Part shown: positions 23,619 through 36,066 of the stretch, piece after piece
Numbering within the stretch: position 1 is the stretch's first letter
Layout: every line of letters starts with the position of its first letter
Assembly (NCBI GenBank): GCA_037447605.1
Contig: CM074805.1
Coordinates: 4,621,361-4,685,360, forward strand
Length of the DNA stretch: 64,000 nucleotides
Reading direction: 5' to 3'
DNA from: Zygnema circumcarinatum SAG 698-1b
Lineage: Eukaryota > Plantae > Zygnematophyceae
The notes under the pieces: generated by a model
Databases searched by the model: none
Told to the model about the DNA's origin: nothing
Seen by the model: only the letters and a program-made list of their open reading frames with translations
Made by a program: the position numbers and the translations under genes

Positions 23619-25327
23619 ATCGCCACTATCGACTCAGGAAAGGCCCTGAGCGCGTTTGGTCCACACTTTGTAGCTATGTGATGATGTGATATGATGCCTT
23701 TATGCATGCATGCATGCATGCATGCGTGTATGCATGTATGGGGCATTGGAGAGAGGCGCATAAAGTAAGCAGCCGGGCAAGCCCGGAAGAGGGTATCTCT
23801 TTCCTTGCAAAGGTTGCGAGCATTGGGGAATGGGGATGCTCTCTATGGTGATTGAAGCAGGAAAGATAGTGACTTTAGCAAGGTTTTTGAGCCGGGGACA
23901 GGGCATGCTATTTGCCACATGTGCCATCATTGGGGGGCGTACATACGTGAGCGGTAGATGCTGGTTCCACACATACGGAGGTCCTCTCTCTCTCCCTCTG
24001 TTGGCGCCTCTGCTTCCCTCTCCCTCTCGCCTCCTCAGAATTGAGTTTACGATCAGTGTTCTCGGAGTTTCGCATATTTTCATGACATGCTGACATCGGC
24101 CGAATGTCCTTCCTTCCGAATGTCATTCCTTCGCGGAATGGATTGTATAAGGTTCATGATTGCCGGTCGTAGCTTGCCAAATTTCACTGAAGGACTGGAG
24201 TTGTGGCTGACCCCGACAACAAAAGAGGTCAATACGTGCGGTGTAGGTGGATGTAGCTGGCTGTCCGCTTTTTGGTCAACTCATAGCAGGATAGTATTCT
24301 GGCTAGTAAAGTGAACTCTTTCTTGGGATTTGCTACTCTGCCCGAGATGAAGCCAACGTATGTAGCTAGGCTGGATTTGTGACTGGTTGTTTGAATAAAG
24401 TTTAAACCCTACAGCTATGTTGTGATAATGTAATTCAAGGATGTCCACTGAAGTCTGTCAAATGGTAGGGAAAAGAGTGCTGGTATGGTGTTGACATTAC
24501 CATTATCATCACCATCGTGGTCATGATCTTGCTATGCCGACAACGGACAATAACTAGGCTTTCTGCACGGCTGCCTTGGCCGCCTTTTTCAAGTCCATGA
24601 TCACCCCCTCAAAGTACTAATTGAAGTCAATAGGGGGACCCACTCTTTGCCAGAGTTCGTAACTTCGAACTTCGCAATGAGTAATGCAGCGAGCAAAAAA
24701 TACAAAAGCATAAAGTAGTGACATGCTCACATCCATGACATGCATGTGCCCATGTCGATCACAAGGGGCCCATAGTCAAACCCATGCATACGATCACGCC
24801 CAGAGGAGACACAGGTGGAACAAGGCATAGAACCGTTGCCTTCGTAAAGGACTCAGGCCGCCTTTCAGAGGAGCTATTCAGCTCACGAAGGCGTAAACGG
24901 AAAAATACAACACATACACGGCACACTCTCCCTCTGTTCAAACCAAATCCAAATTTCGTCATGGAACTCCCTCTCCCTCTCTTCCACCTCCACCTCCAGC
25001 TACTGAAGCCCGCCTCTCTCTGCTTGCAGCTGCCCCAAGAAGACCCAGCCGAGAGCGACTAAGAGACCCCCTTGGAGGCCCCCTATAGGGACTTATGACG
25101 CACCCCAACCCATCCGTTGCATAGCAGCCTTTGCTCCATAACTTTGCCAACTTGTGAAGGAACCCATATGGCTCTTCGATAGCATCGTCCTCCCCAATCC
25201 AAGTGCCGACGTATGCTTAGCCCTAGCTCCCCCCTAGAGATGGATGGATGGCATAGCCATTGTACGAGCTAGGGACATACATAATCCCATGAGTAAAGGA
25301 AGAAGCGTCCTGCCTCCATGTGCACAG

Positions 25328-28300
25328 TTAGCACCGTTGCTGCCGTTGCCTTGCATGCTCATCATCTGACTCGCTGTCGGATGACGTCATCCCTGAAGAC
25401 ACGCTGCCGATGCTCCCAACCACCATTGGGCCCCTACCCACAAGCTGCTTCCCAGGGGTGAGGGGCTTCGGGGAAGCCCGAAATGCACCCCCCTGCATTT
25501 GCCAGCGATGTTCCAATTTCCCAGCCTGCCAAATAGAAAAACAAACCAAACGAAATGATTGACTGTGACTGGACAGACCTTCGGCCAAATGTCAATCGTA
25601 TATGCTGCTAAATACGTCTTGGCATCTTTCACAGATGTGAGCATCCTATGTAGCCGGAGAGATGAACTAGCCGCACGGCAGCTCTAGAATTACCGAAAGT
25701 TTATCCACATTGGAAACGTTAAGACTTTCGTAATTGTCAACCTCAGCTAAACATCAGCAGACAGTTTTCCCAACACGTAGTCCGGAAAAACTCCGGCTTT
25801 CCGGTCATGATGTTGAGAACATAATCATTCTGCACTATAAGCATCCTCCTAGATTCATGTTCTTCACTTTATTCAAACAAGAGCACCATTCAAAGTCATG
25901 TGTAAAGCACAGGTATCTTCGAAAACAACCCCTCACCTCCTTGTAGAAGGCGTTGATTTCCTCTTCTGTCAGAGCGTTCTCCTCTCCCTCAGCAGCCTCT
26001 TCAGTCCAACCTAACGACCGGAGAAAAGCTGCTTCCTCCTCCTCTGTACTACCGCCTGATTGATGCAATCCGTTCCTGATGGGAAAATCATGTGTCTTCA
26101 CTACTGCTATTTCTTCGTGAGTATTTGGCCCCTGTGGCTGATCGTCTTTCTCTTCTGCCATCAGTCTGCCCTCTCTCACTACGGAACTACCCTTTTCAAT
26201 ACCTCCTCCATTTCGTACTGAATTAGAACTCCAATATCCATTTCGCTCAAATTCGAGCCCTTTACCAGCTTTGAGCATAGTGAAGGAACTATCCCCTTTG
26301 CCTCCTTGCATCTCTTTCCAATGGCTAACGCCCCCGTTATCTTCACTTCTGTGAGCTAAGCTCATCTCTTCATTCTTACTATCCTCAACGCTGAATGCCA
26401 TGTTTGAAAATAGATTTTTCTCCTGAGATGTTAACTTGCCATTTTCCCATCTACTTGGGCCAGCCTCTTTCACTGACAAAGGATTGCTTCCTGCACCAGA
26501 AGGAACGAGCCCCACTCTCCCTCCAACAAATTCACTATCGTCTCTTCTACCGCCACTCTCTACAAATAGCTCTTCACTGCTTCTCTCAAGATTTGTAATT
26601 CTACTCTGCTCATCTCCTTGTATTCGCTGAGAATAGAGAACAGCGGATTTGCTGGCAGCACCATTCCCTCTTTCTTCATTTACAGATCGTGAAAACCCAC
26701 CTCCTGACTTAGCTTCAACCTGTTTCCATCCAAAGGAAATAGCTTCACCAGCTTTGCAGCCCCATTCCGCCTGCAATCCCTCTTCCCCACTAATTATTTC
26801 CCCAGAGTCGCCAGAATCTTCAGCATGCTCTGATTGAAGAACAGATGCAGGATGTGCTCGGGATGACTTCTCAGCTCCATGTTCACACGTGGATGACAGA
26901 ACGTCACCCTCTGTATGCTCTACTTTGCTCAAATCCTCACATGACGGTACGCTAGGATCTACTCCTACCTCGACAGCTTGCAGCAGCGTCTCTCCCTCCC
27001 CCCCTCTCTCTCTCTGTGCATCGCCAGCCTGAACATCTATAGAGTCGTGAGCTCCACAACTATTGCCGGTCTCCTGCTTTTCCAGGGAAGAAACACCTTC
27101 TCCTTCAGATGTCCCGCTATTCCCCGCAGCTTTACGCCGTAAAGCATTGAAGAAATCCGACCGGTTCTGCACCTGCACCGTTTGCCTCCTTTCCTCCAAA
27201 CTGGCCTGAGCAACTGCATCCTTTGCTCTCCCACTAGGGCCTCCCACCCCTCCACTGCTAGGTGCTGCTTGCAGCCCCTGTCCTGCTTTCATTCGGAAAG
27301 ATGAGGCTGAACCCATACCAGAAACAGAAGAAAGTACAGCCGCAGCTGGACTTCCTCCAAGGTTAGAAGCACTGGTGGAAGAAACCATGGCTGTCAAAGT
27401 CACCAGTCCTCCTTCTTGCCTCACAACAGAGCTCGCAGTTGCAGAGTTCAGACTCCCTTCCTTTCCAATACGCCGGCCTATAAGACTGCTATTCCCCTGC
27501 AGCTTACTGCCATCCCCCCTCCCACCCGAGGCAAGGCGGGAAGCAGGGACTGGGGGATGGGGCAATGTGGGAAGGCCATCCCCAGGGCGGCCTGCTTTAG
27601 GTTTACTCTTATCGCGGAGGGTAGTTCCCTGCAATAACCAGGCCATGAAGATAAATTGCATCATTGATTCCATTCTTGAGGATATGGGTCGATAAAAAAA
27701 CATCGAACAACGGGAGGGTGACTTTGAGCAACAACACGTTTCAGGAAATCGAACGTCAGACAGTGACAGAGGAATCTGCCCTGAGTGTTATTGGGCTTGT
27801 CTATCCTCCATATCTTGTCAGCAAGTTAATGTCCGGCTACTTTTCATCGCTTTAGAATAAAGACGCAGGAAAATTGCTTATCCTTTACCTTTGAAATCGA
27901 ATGTCAACCCGGACTTGGGCTAATCAAAACACACGTGACACGATGATGCTCGATGAGATAAACGGACTCTCTTCACTCGGTTTTATCTTCACTGAGCCCA
28001 TTCTTCTGTGTTCGGTTATCAAGTAGGATGTACTGCCTAAAGCATGACTAGCTACTCAGCTAAGCATTCGCACCAACAAATGGCTACCTTCTGCTTTAGC
28101 TAATAAGTTGTAAAACACCAGTAGAACCCCTGCTGCTTAAAGAAGAGTCTCTATAAAGCTCATATACAGAACGACGTGACCGATGCTTACCACTGTCTTC
28201 AGCACTGTAGGTTTCATTGGCACAAGTTGGCGTGATTGCTTTGGAGCCAAATCCTCTTGTCGCTGGGCTTCCCCAACCACCTACACCAAAGAATTCATAC

Positions 28301-29838
28301 ATTATAAGTTACACTTTTGTATCGCCTACAACTCCTCTTAAAGGATAACAGAACAAAAAAAAAATCTAATAGCTAAACCTCTTCCATTGGTAGACTCGTA
28401 TATCAAACACCTACACAATCTAGTCCCTCAGTATTGCACAGGATCCTCCTACTATCTGCATCAACCAAGAATAATTAAACCCTATTTTCAATAGTGTCGG
28501 ATCCCTGTAATGCCTGTGCACCCAAAAACTAACAAATTGGATAAGATGAGAAAGCAGGAATCATGACTGACCAGCGGAACGGGCCGAATACGACCACTGG
28601 CTCCAACACCGGTATCTGCAGCAAAAGATGAACTGCCTGTAGCATTGGGGCTTGGAATCTCTCTGCCAATGGGGACCCCTTGCCCGCTAAATGAAGGGCC
28701 AAGATGTATGCCAGAATTTGTCGAGATGACTGATGCATCAGCCAAAAAACTGGCACCAGTGACCACTCCAGAAGAGCCTGCCTGTTGCCTCCCTCCATCG
28801 GCCCTCAATGCAGATTGCTGCCACAATCGCGGACTTAAATGGGTGCCTGCTGTGCCTACTACTGTTGAAGACTGTTGAACTGAACTGCCAGGACGGTCTA
28901 GAGAAGTCAGAGAAGGAAAGTTGCGATCAAAAGCTGCTCGATGTATGGTACTTGTAAGTGTGCTGCCAGCTCCTGAAGGCAGAGCGGAAGTAAGGCTGCC
29001 CTTATCCCCAGACCCTTTTCGCTCTAGTTCCCTGCCTTCATCCTGCGGCTTATTTGTGGCATTTGAAGATTGAGATCGGCGAAGGCTTGGCGGCTCGTCA
29101 TAACGTCCTAAGGAAGATTGCCTCTGGCTGCTAGAACTACTGCTATCCCACCGGTCATCGCGTGTTAACCAATCGCGGTCTCTTTCTCTTGGGACATCCC
29201 CTGAGATTCGAGCCTCCCTTCCCTCCCGCTCCCATTCACTACCATCGAGGCCTCGTGAGGAACTCCTACCAAAACTAGAATATGCCCCCCGACCATCCCG
29301 CTCGTTTAACAAACTGCCACCACGCCGTGGAAAGGATCGTTCTGTCAGTGGAATGTAACGGGACGATTCGAGAGAATCTCCAAGGCCTCCACTATAGCTC
29401 CCTTGCCGTTGCCTTGAAATGCTTGCAACTCCGTCATCTGTAGTCCCTCTCCCAGTAGCAGAATTACTGATACAGGAAATGCACAAATTTGACTTTCCGA
29501 AGGAGTGACTGAACGTCTGACCTCACACGATCTCAAGAACATTGCCGACAATCGCAACGAAAGCTCAAAGCTCGGCTGTCAAGCCAAAACTAAAATGTTG
29601 GCAGAAGCATCCTTCAAATAAGGCTGCTCGTGCACCTTCACCTTCAAGTAAGTCTCAGGCGCAGATCATTGACGATCATTGTGACACAACACAACACACA
29701 ACCAACACAGCTGTGATCCCAGCAGGCAAGAATGCAATCTGCCTACTCACCTGCATGGAGAGCAGAAGGTGTGTGATGGCTGGAGCCCGGTGAAGCTCTT
29801 AGCCACTCTGGGACGAGCGTTGGCTCCCCTCTGCCCAT
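25328..29838 (-). CDS. Vasculin/GPBP1-like plant protein (AT1G36990/AT4G08510-type, from memory), ~4 coding exons
   Basis: Exons ~29838-29751, 29437-28572, ~27628-25937 and a last exon ending at 25328. N-terminal EPTLVPEWLR, central FDRNFPSL, EEEEAAFLRSLGW..ALTEEEINAFY and terminal SSDSES motifs. Confidence 0.8.
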
Positions 29839-29896
29839 GCCTTTCCCTGACCATGGCCGAGCAGCAGACAGTATCTCTCTACTAAAGACACGTGTC

Positions 29897-30198
29897 CTTC
29901 TCAGTGGGAGAACTGGCTGACTGCAACTGAGCATAGAAACATAGGACTTGCAGAAGGCTTTCCTCTCGTTAGGCTTTGTTAGGGTTACATTTGTGTATGT
30001 GTCATGCTGCCATTGAAGGTGCTCCACGGCTTTTTAGGCCTCAATGGAGGAGTGCCTAAAGGTTGAGACTCTTGTCAGTCCTCAACCTTGCCCTAAACTG
30101 TTGTGCATTAGGGCTAGGGCTTCTATTATGTGCCTGGAACAAATTGCTCCCTTTTTTGTTTCTTTTTCTTTAAATAACACGTTCATTTACTTAACAAA
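29897..30198 (+). repeat. Arm 1 of ~300-bp inverted duplication
   Basis: Reverse-complement match to 31210-31504; the ORF track shows twin peptides MEECLKVETLVSPQPCPKLL (+) and MEECLKGETRVSPQPCPKLL (-). Confidence 0.9.
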
Positions 30199-31209
30199 AA
30201 TATCCCAGCTCCTCCCCCATCCTCTCTGCCCCTTGCCAGCCCCTTGCCTTCCTCGCCCTCTCCCTCCCTCCTGCAAACCCTACAACTGAGAAAGGCGAGG
30301 AACAGGCATGCAACAGAGGTATGAATATATGCTCGTGTCTGCCTTCAAACTGAAACCATTTCCTCCTTCAAACGTTGCAACAGAAAGAATTGCTGCTCGT
30401 CAGCGCAGCAGGCGAGAGCAGGAGCTGCTTACAGGGAGAGCAGGAAGAGGGAGAGAGGAGGTCGAGAGTGAGTGACAAGGAAAAAATTGGGAGGAAGGGA
30501 ACAAGGACGGACGTCGCAGTCGATCTCCGTCCAAAAGCCCTTTTTTTCCCAGCTGATAGTGACGTGTACATGACGCACGCTGCCCTTTTTGGGTCACCCA
30601 CGGTCACCAGCCCGCCTGTCTCTCAGCAAAACGACAGCGTAATTTCTGTCGTTTAGAGGATAAAAATGCCGTCCGTGACGCCCTTCCGTTAGTCCGCCGG
30701 TCGCGGTCGCGGTCACAGTTGACTGCGGTTGACTGCGGTCGGGCAGCTGTGTCCCGTCCTCGACGCGACCCCGACTGCCCGTTCCCGTCACCGATAGAGC
30801 CGACCGATATCGTGCGATACATCGATAATATCGTTCCTTGAAAATTGTATTTTTATTTAGTGTCTATTAACACACCTTTTTGGTTAGATACACACTCTTT
30901 TTTCGCCAATCAGATCTAACTTGGATTTGTAGGGTTTTAGGTTTTTTTTATGGTGTGTATGTAGCTAAAAAAAGGTGTGTAAATAATAAATTTATTTTTA
31001 CAAAATCACTTACAGAATCACACGGTGTAAATGTTAATCTTTAGAAGCTGCAGAAACCTTACAGCTTTGTCAAGCTATTATTATTATTCTTTATTATTAC
31101 GGTACCGTATCCTTATTGCCATGAGAGTTCTGTGACTTTCAGATTTGTTGGTGGCGAAATTTTTCGGACTACGCACTTCCTGGGAAGAAATCCCTTCCCT
31201 GGCTTTCGT

Positions 31210-31504
31210 TTGGTTAAGTAAATGGACGTGCAATTTCAAAAAACAAAGAGTTAGTTTTTCCAGGCACGTAATAGGAGCCCTAGCCCCAATGCCCAATAGT
31301 TTAGGGCAAGGTTGAGGACTGACACGAGTCTCTCCCTTTAGGCATTCCTCCATTGGGGCCTAAAAAAACGTGGAGCACCTTCCTTCACTGGCAACATGAC
31401 ACATACACAAATGTAACCCTAACAATGCCTGACGAGAGGAAAGCCTTGTGCAAGACCTATGTTTCGATGCTCAGTTGCAGTCAGAGAGTTCTCCCACTGA
31501 GAAG
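31210..31504 (-). repeat. Arm 2 of ~300-bp inverted duplication
   Basis: Reverse complement of 29897-30198 with scattered substitutions and small indels. Confidence 0.9.
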
Positions 31505-31810
31505 CCATGCAAGGAACAGAACATCCTCGTAGCAACGACTGAAACAGAACGTGCAGTGCTTTATCGCACATAGAAAGCACAGACACTTGGATTCGGGAGG
31601 ACCCCTATCCAGTCCATCATAGAAAAGCAACACCCATGGCACGAGCAGATTCAAGCGGGGAATTTGGCAAACAAGAAAGAAAGTTCGAAGCTAATGACTG
31701 CAAAGATATCAGGATGGGCGCTTCAGCATTGCTGAATAGCACCAAAAAAATGTTTGATGACCAATGCTAGCGGTTGCCCTGCACTACCATTAACAGCAAA
31801 GCAAAGAGAA

Positions 31811-34204
31811 CTACAGGAAGGTCGACGAAACTGTGTGTTGAGAGAGTGGGAACAAGTCCTTGCCAGCAAAGGGAGTGGTCCACTCTTGAACAGACGATGC
31901 TGAAGAAGAGTTGGCGCCTGCATCCATCCTGCTGAGAGCAGCCAACGGCCAGCCTGTTCCTCCCGCTGTTGATCCACCCCACAGGTCGTAGCTACGATCT
32001 CCCACACCATTCATGCTGCTGCTGGCTGGCTGCTGCAACTGGAGTTCATTCAGCAAGTCTCCACCTGAAGAGCCTGCGTTCTCATTCCCAAGGTTGAGGT
32101 TGGCCGATCCAGTTCCAGCATTCCAGAGGCCTAAAGAACCGAGTGAGCCTCCAGAAGAGCCGGTAACACTCCAATCTACTGCCTGGGAATTGCTGCCCGT
32201 GCCCATGCTCCAATCTACAGCGGAGAAACTGGCGGAGGTCCCCAAACCTGCTCCCCATCCGGAGAGAAGCCCTGTCGTGGAAGGGAGTGGGGCAAGAGCA
32301 CTGCTTCGTACTTGGGTTGGGGCTGTGCGAGGTGGACCATGCGAAGCTGGACTTGCAGCAGCGGAACCCCCTCCCTCTGTTCTTGAAGGTGACCAGCCAG
32401 AGGTAGGAGTAGGATTGACAACCCTGCTGCTGGCTGGCAGGGGTGATGAAGGTACAGGGACAGAGACTGCAGGCAGAGAAGTGCCGAAAGGCTGCGCACC
32501 ACCGGCGGCAGGAGCTTCCAGAACCTTCTCAGACCGGAGGACGCCAGCCTTCCAGAATTGATCGTTCGAGCTATGAGGAAACAGGCCACCAGCAAGTGCA
32601 GGCGTAGCATTAACATTCCCAAAACCTGCGTTGACAGGTGATACACCTAGAGAACCAGCGGGTGACGCTGCAGGTGCGAGACCTATTTGAGGAGGCTGCT
32701 GAGCACCAGCAGAAGGGAGCTGCAGCATGGACAACTGAGACGAAATGCTCTGCATTCCCGGCTGGTTCCGAACAGATGGCGATCTTCCTGTCACGCCTGT
32801 ATGGCGAAGAATTTGTTGAGGGTTTGTCCGCATATCCTGAACTGGACGAGGGGGGATCGGGTACGATTGTGGGGAGCCTGTTGGCAACCACTGGCTAACA
32901 GAAGCTGTCCCTGCTGCCAGGGGAGTAAAGGCATTAGATAAGTTTTGCATACCCTCTATTGCTCCGTTTTGATGAATAATACCAGCTCCTCTGCTAGTGC
33001 TGGTTGGCCCTTCTGAAGTCTGTCCATACCGGGGTGTGCTCCCTTGTACAGACATCCCTCCCTGAGAAACTGCCCAGCGAGCCTGCCCACCTTGGCCAGA
33101 AGCATCACGGTCTTCCTTCTGCATCTCCTGAAAAGCTTGCGATAGGCCACTATTGCGATGTATCGACCCATTAGCTCGTACATACATGCCAGAACCTCCG
33201 TGCAGACTGTGTGGACCATTTGCATGGCCGTTCATATGGCCATTGACTAAATCAACAGTTCTTCCCACATGCCCTAAATGCCTGCCGGGGCTTACACCTG
33301 GACTCATGCCCGGACTTGCCGCAGGGCTTGAACCCGGACTAGTGGTGTCAGATGGTGTGGCCACTCCTTGAGGATGCCGTTCACGAAGAATAGTTGCTGC
33401 TTTATCAAGGTCACCTTCTGCTGCCACCACTGCCCGCTCCACTTCTGTGCGAGGGTAGCCATAGCGTATTTCCATATCTGCTATTCGTGCCAACTCCTCT
33501 CCTATGTCTAGCTTTAACGGGGCACTCGTCTGTCGTTCCTCCTTGGCAGGGCTCTCGTTGCTCTCAAGAAGCCAAGCCACGGACCGCTCAATCTGGCCAT
33601 CATTGATGATCAACGCCATGGTTGCATGCTCCTTTGGGAAGCCCATAGCCACCAACTGACCAGCCAACATCTCCAGTTTCCTTGCAGTCAAAAACCCGAC
33701 GCACTTGTCTTTCAATTCCTGTGCTCGTCGCTCCTTCTGTCGCTGATGCTTCTTTTCGTTCTTTGCTCGCATTTTGTCCCGTTTATCAGCCAGGCCTGAA
33801 GCGCCAGCAGGAGCATCGACAACCCGACTTGTTGCACCGCCGTTTCGATCCTTCAATCCGCCTCCCTGCTGGTCCTCTGATTCTCCCGAACAGCTGCCAT
33901 TGTTGGAAACAGAGTCGAATTCCTGTACAGGAGTGCTGCTCTCCTCACCTTCGTCAAAGGAACGATATCGTCCGTTCTGATGCTGGCCGGGGACGTCCGA
34001 AGCCCCAGCAGACCCATCCAGACTATGAAAAGTGCCCGAGAGTGGGTTGTACGCACTCGCCGGAAGCCCCGTGCTAGCTCCCACACCGGGAACATGGCGA
34101 CCAGCAGGTTTCCATGGCTCCTTTGAGTTGCCAGGTCGATCTACCGCAGGTTTCTGTGTCAACCCTCCCCCGCGCTGCTTGCTGCCTGGCGCACTCATCG
34201 ACAT
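31811..34204 (-). CDS. UBA-domain protein (plant UBA/EF1B-annotated family, AT2G26920/AT5G12120-type, from memory), single coding exon, 797 aa
   Basis: SAYNPLSGTFH, FDSVSNNGSCSGESED, KNEKKHQRQKERRAQEL, UBA-like QLVAMGF..ATMALIINDGQIERSVAWL and EVERAVVAAEGDL; low-complexity C-terminal half. Confidence 0.88.
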   Translation of the reverse strand: MSMSAPGSKQRGGGLTQKPAVDRPGNSKEPWKPAGRHVPGVGASTGLPASAYNPLSGTFHSLDGSAGASDVPGQHQNGRYRSFDEGEESSTPVQEFDSVSNNGSCSGESEDQQGGGLKDRNGGATSRVVDAPAGASGLADKRDKMRAKNEKKHQRQKERRAQELKDKCVGFLTARKLEMLAGQLVAMGFPKEHATMALIINDGQIERSVAWLLESNESPAKEERQTSAPLKLDIGEELARIADMEIRYGYPRTEVERAVVAAEGDLDKAATILRERHPQGVATPSDTTSPGSSPAASPGMSPGVSPGRHLGHVGRTVDLVNGHMNGHANGPHSLHGGSGMYVRANGSIHRNSGLSQAFQEMQKEDRDASGQGGQARWAVSQGGMSVQGSTPRYGQTSEGPTSTSRGAGIIHQNGAIEGMQNLSNAFTPLAAGTASVSQWLPTGSPQSYPIPPRPVQDMRTNPQQILRHTGVTGRSPSVRNQPGMQSISSQLSMLQLPSAGAQQPPQIGLAPAASPAGSLGVSPVNAGFGNVNATPALAGGLFPHSSNDQFWKAGVLRSEKVLEAPAAGGAQPFGTSLPAVSVPVPSSPLPASSRVVNPTPTSGWSPSRTEGGGSAAASPASHGPPRTAPTQVRSSALAPLPSTTGLLSGWGAGLGTSASFSAVDWSMGTGSNSQAVDWSVTGSSGGSLGSLGLWNAGTGSANLNLGNENAGSSGGDLLNELQLQQPASSSMNGVGDRSYDLWGGSTAGGTGWPLAALSRMDAGANSSSASSVQEWTTPFAGKDLFPLSQHTVSSTFL

Positions 34205-34632
34205 GGCGGCTGGATTTTCCCTGCAGACTCTAACAATTGCAAGAGGTCAGTGCTAAAATTCTAACTGCAAGAAGGTGATGCAAGAGGACATAAACTCCTG
34301 CTTGCTTTACCTCTTGCCAAGATGACGACGTTTTCTCAACATGAAGAAAGCGTCAAATCTCAGCCAAATAACTAAATCCCTTTCTGGCTCTATCAAAAGG
34401 TAGAAGTAAGCAGAGCAGCGCGACAACTGTACCTCCAAACGACAGGATTGCTCCCCGGCAGTTCAATTGTCTGCCGTTTAAGAAAAGGCTTCAAATAGGA
34501 GTAGACGTTCTTAATAGATGTCAGTGCTTGCTTGCACCTCTTTCAGCTTCTTTTACAGAAGATTATTGATCTATTGACGCATGCAAGAAGGTGCTCTCCA
34601 GACGCTCTCGCCTGCCTGCCCGCCTGCTTGCC

Positions 34633-34767
34633 TCAGCTCCAGGATTTGCAGATAGGACATGGCCGAGGATGGCCATGGCAATAGGTCATGATGATGATCC
34701 GGTGGACCCCTCGCTGCAGCGCAGGATCAACCGCAGGTGGTCGCCAGATCAACAGTGGATCGACCAT
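34633..34767 (-). other. Candidate 44-aa upstream ORF in the leader of the UBA gene
   Basis: ATG at 34767 to TGA at 34633 encodes MVDPLLIWRPPAVDPALQRGVHRIIIMTYCHGHPRPCPICKSWS. Lies between the GC-rich promoter (~35000-35300) and the main ATG. Confidence 0.45.
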
Positions 34768-36066
34768 AGTGGACTGGTGTTCAAGCAGGTCGACTGTCGG
34801 AACTCCCAACGGTCCGTGCGGGCTTTGGGTGTCAACGGCCGAGATGACTCAGATCCAATCGATCTGGGCGTTTGAATGTATCATTGATCCGGGGTCGTTG
34901 ATCCAAGAACGATGATCGGGGATCGTGGATCGGGGGTCGGGACAGCACAGCATCAGCGGCCGAAAGGGCGGCAGATTGGTTCGGTGGGCGTGACGTTATG
35001 TGATGTGACGTTATGTGACGCGACGTGACCAGGAGCGCCGCATTACGCGCCACACATGTGCGAGGCGCCGTTTCTAAATTCGCGTTGAATGGATTTGTGC
35101 TTGTGAATTGTGTGTGGTTTGCTTGACATGGATTGCACTGTTGGACAGTCGGCATGTCCGGATGGCCGCACGGCCGACCTTTTTATATTTCGTTGTAGAA
35201 GGGGAAAATGTCTGTCTGCCTGTCTGTCTGTCTGTCTGTCTGTCTGTCTTTTGCGCTTAGGTCCTTTGCGACCAGTCCCTCGTGGTTCCCCATGCTGATT
35301 TTGTCCATGGACATTTGATGGCCTCGCCACCGTGAGATCAATGCCACATCCCTTTCTTTAAGGCCCTATTCTTTGAACAAATTATAAGAGTAATGTAAAA
35401 GTCGAAAAATACTTTTACGGCCATCCGTAGTGACATGTACTCCAACCACAAAAGGGCAAAGCCAGAAATGACGGTTTTATTAATCTCGGGTTTTCGGTTT
35501 TTTTCCCCAAACCAAATGAGGAAAAGCCGACAACCGGTTTCCATGGTCCATCGGATTGTGAGGAATGGCAAGCATGATTGGTTCTAACAACACATGCATA
35601 TGCATTGTATGAACATGTGAGTATGTTGCATGTATTGCGAGATGTATGGTGCTAAGAACATCAGAAACATGTATGATGCTAAGAACAGATGTATTGCATA
35701 CATACATACATGCATACAACTCTTCAACAAGGACTAGGGGCAAGACGGTTCAACATGAAGAGTCCCACATGGAAAGCAACAAGGGTGGCCCTTGGCCCTA
35801 GCAAACACACCCCCTGGTCCCTTTTCCTCGCCAACAGGAAGGTTCCAGAACTCAGAGCGTGGCACTCTGCCTTCCTTGCGAACCGTAGACCGCCAGCTTC
35901 CAATGATTATCTACCACGTGGTTAACATTGCCAACGTGGCGATCTTTCATTGGAAGATGCCCGCCCCACAGTTCGCAATGGAGGAAGGCCCTCTTTATTT
36001 GCTACCTGAGGGAAAAAATAGCGAAAGGCTCTCTGCATTTCAAGTAGAAGCTTGCAAGCATCAGCT

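Noticed and set aside
32013-33371. Plus-strand ORFs opposite the UBA gene
   Set aside because: Shadow frames of a long real exon; no independent motifs.
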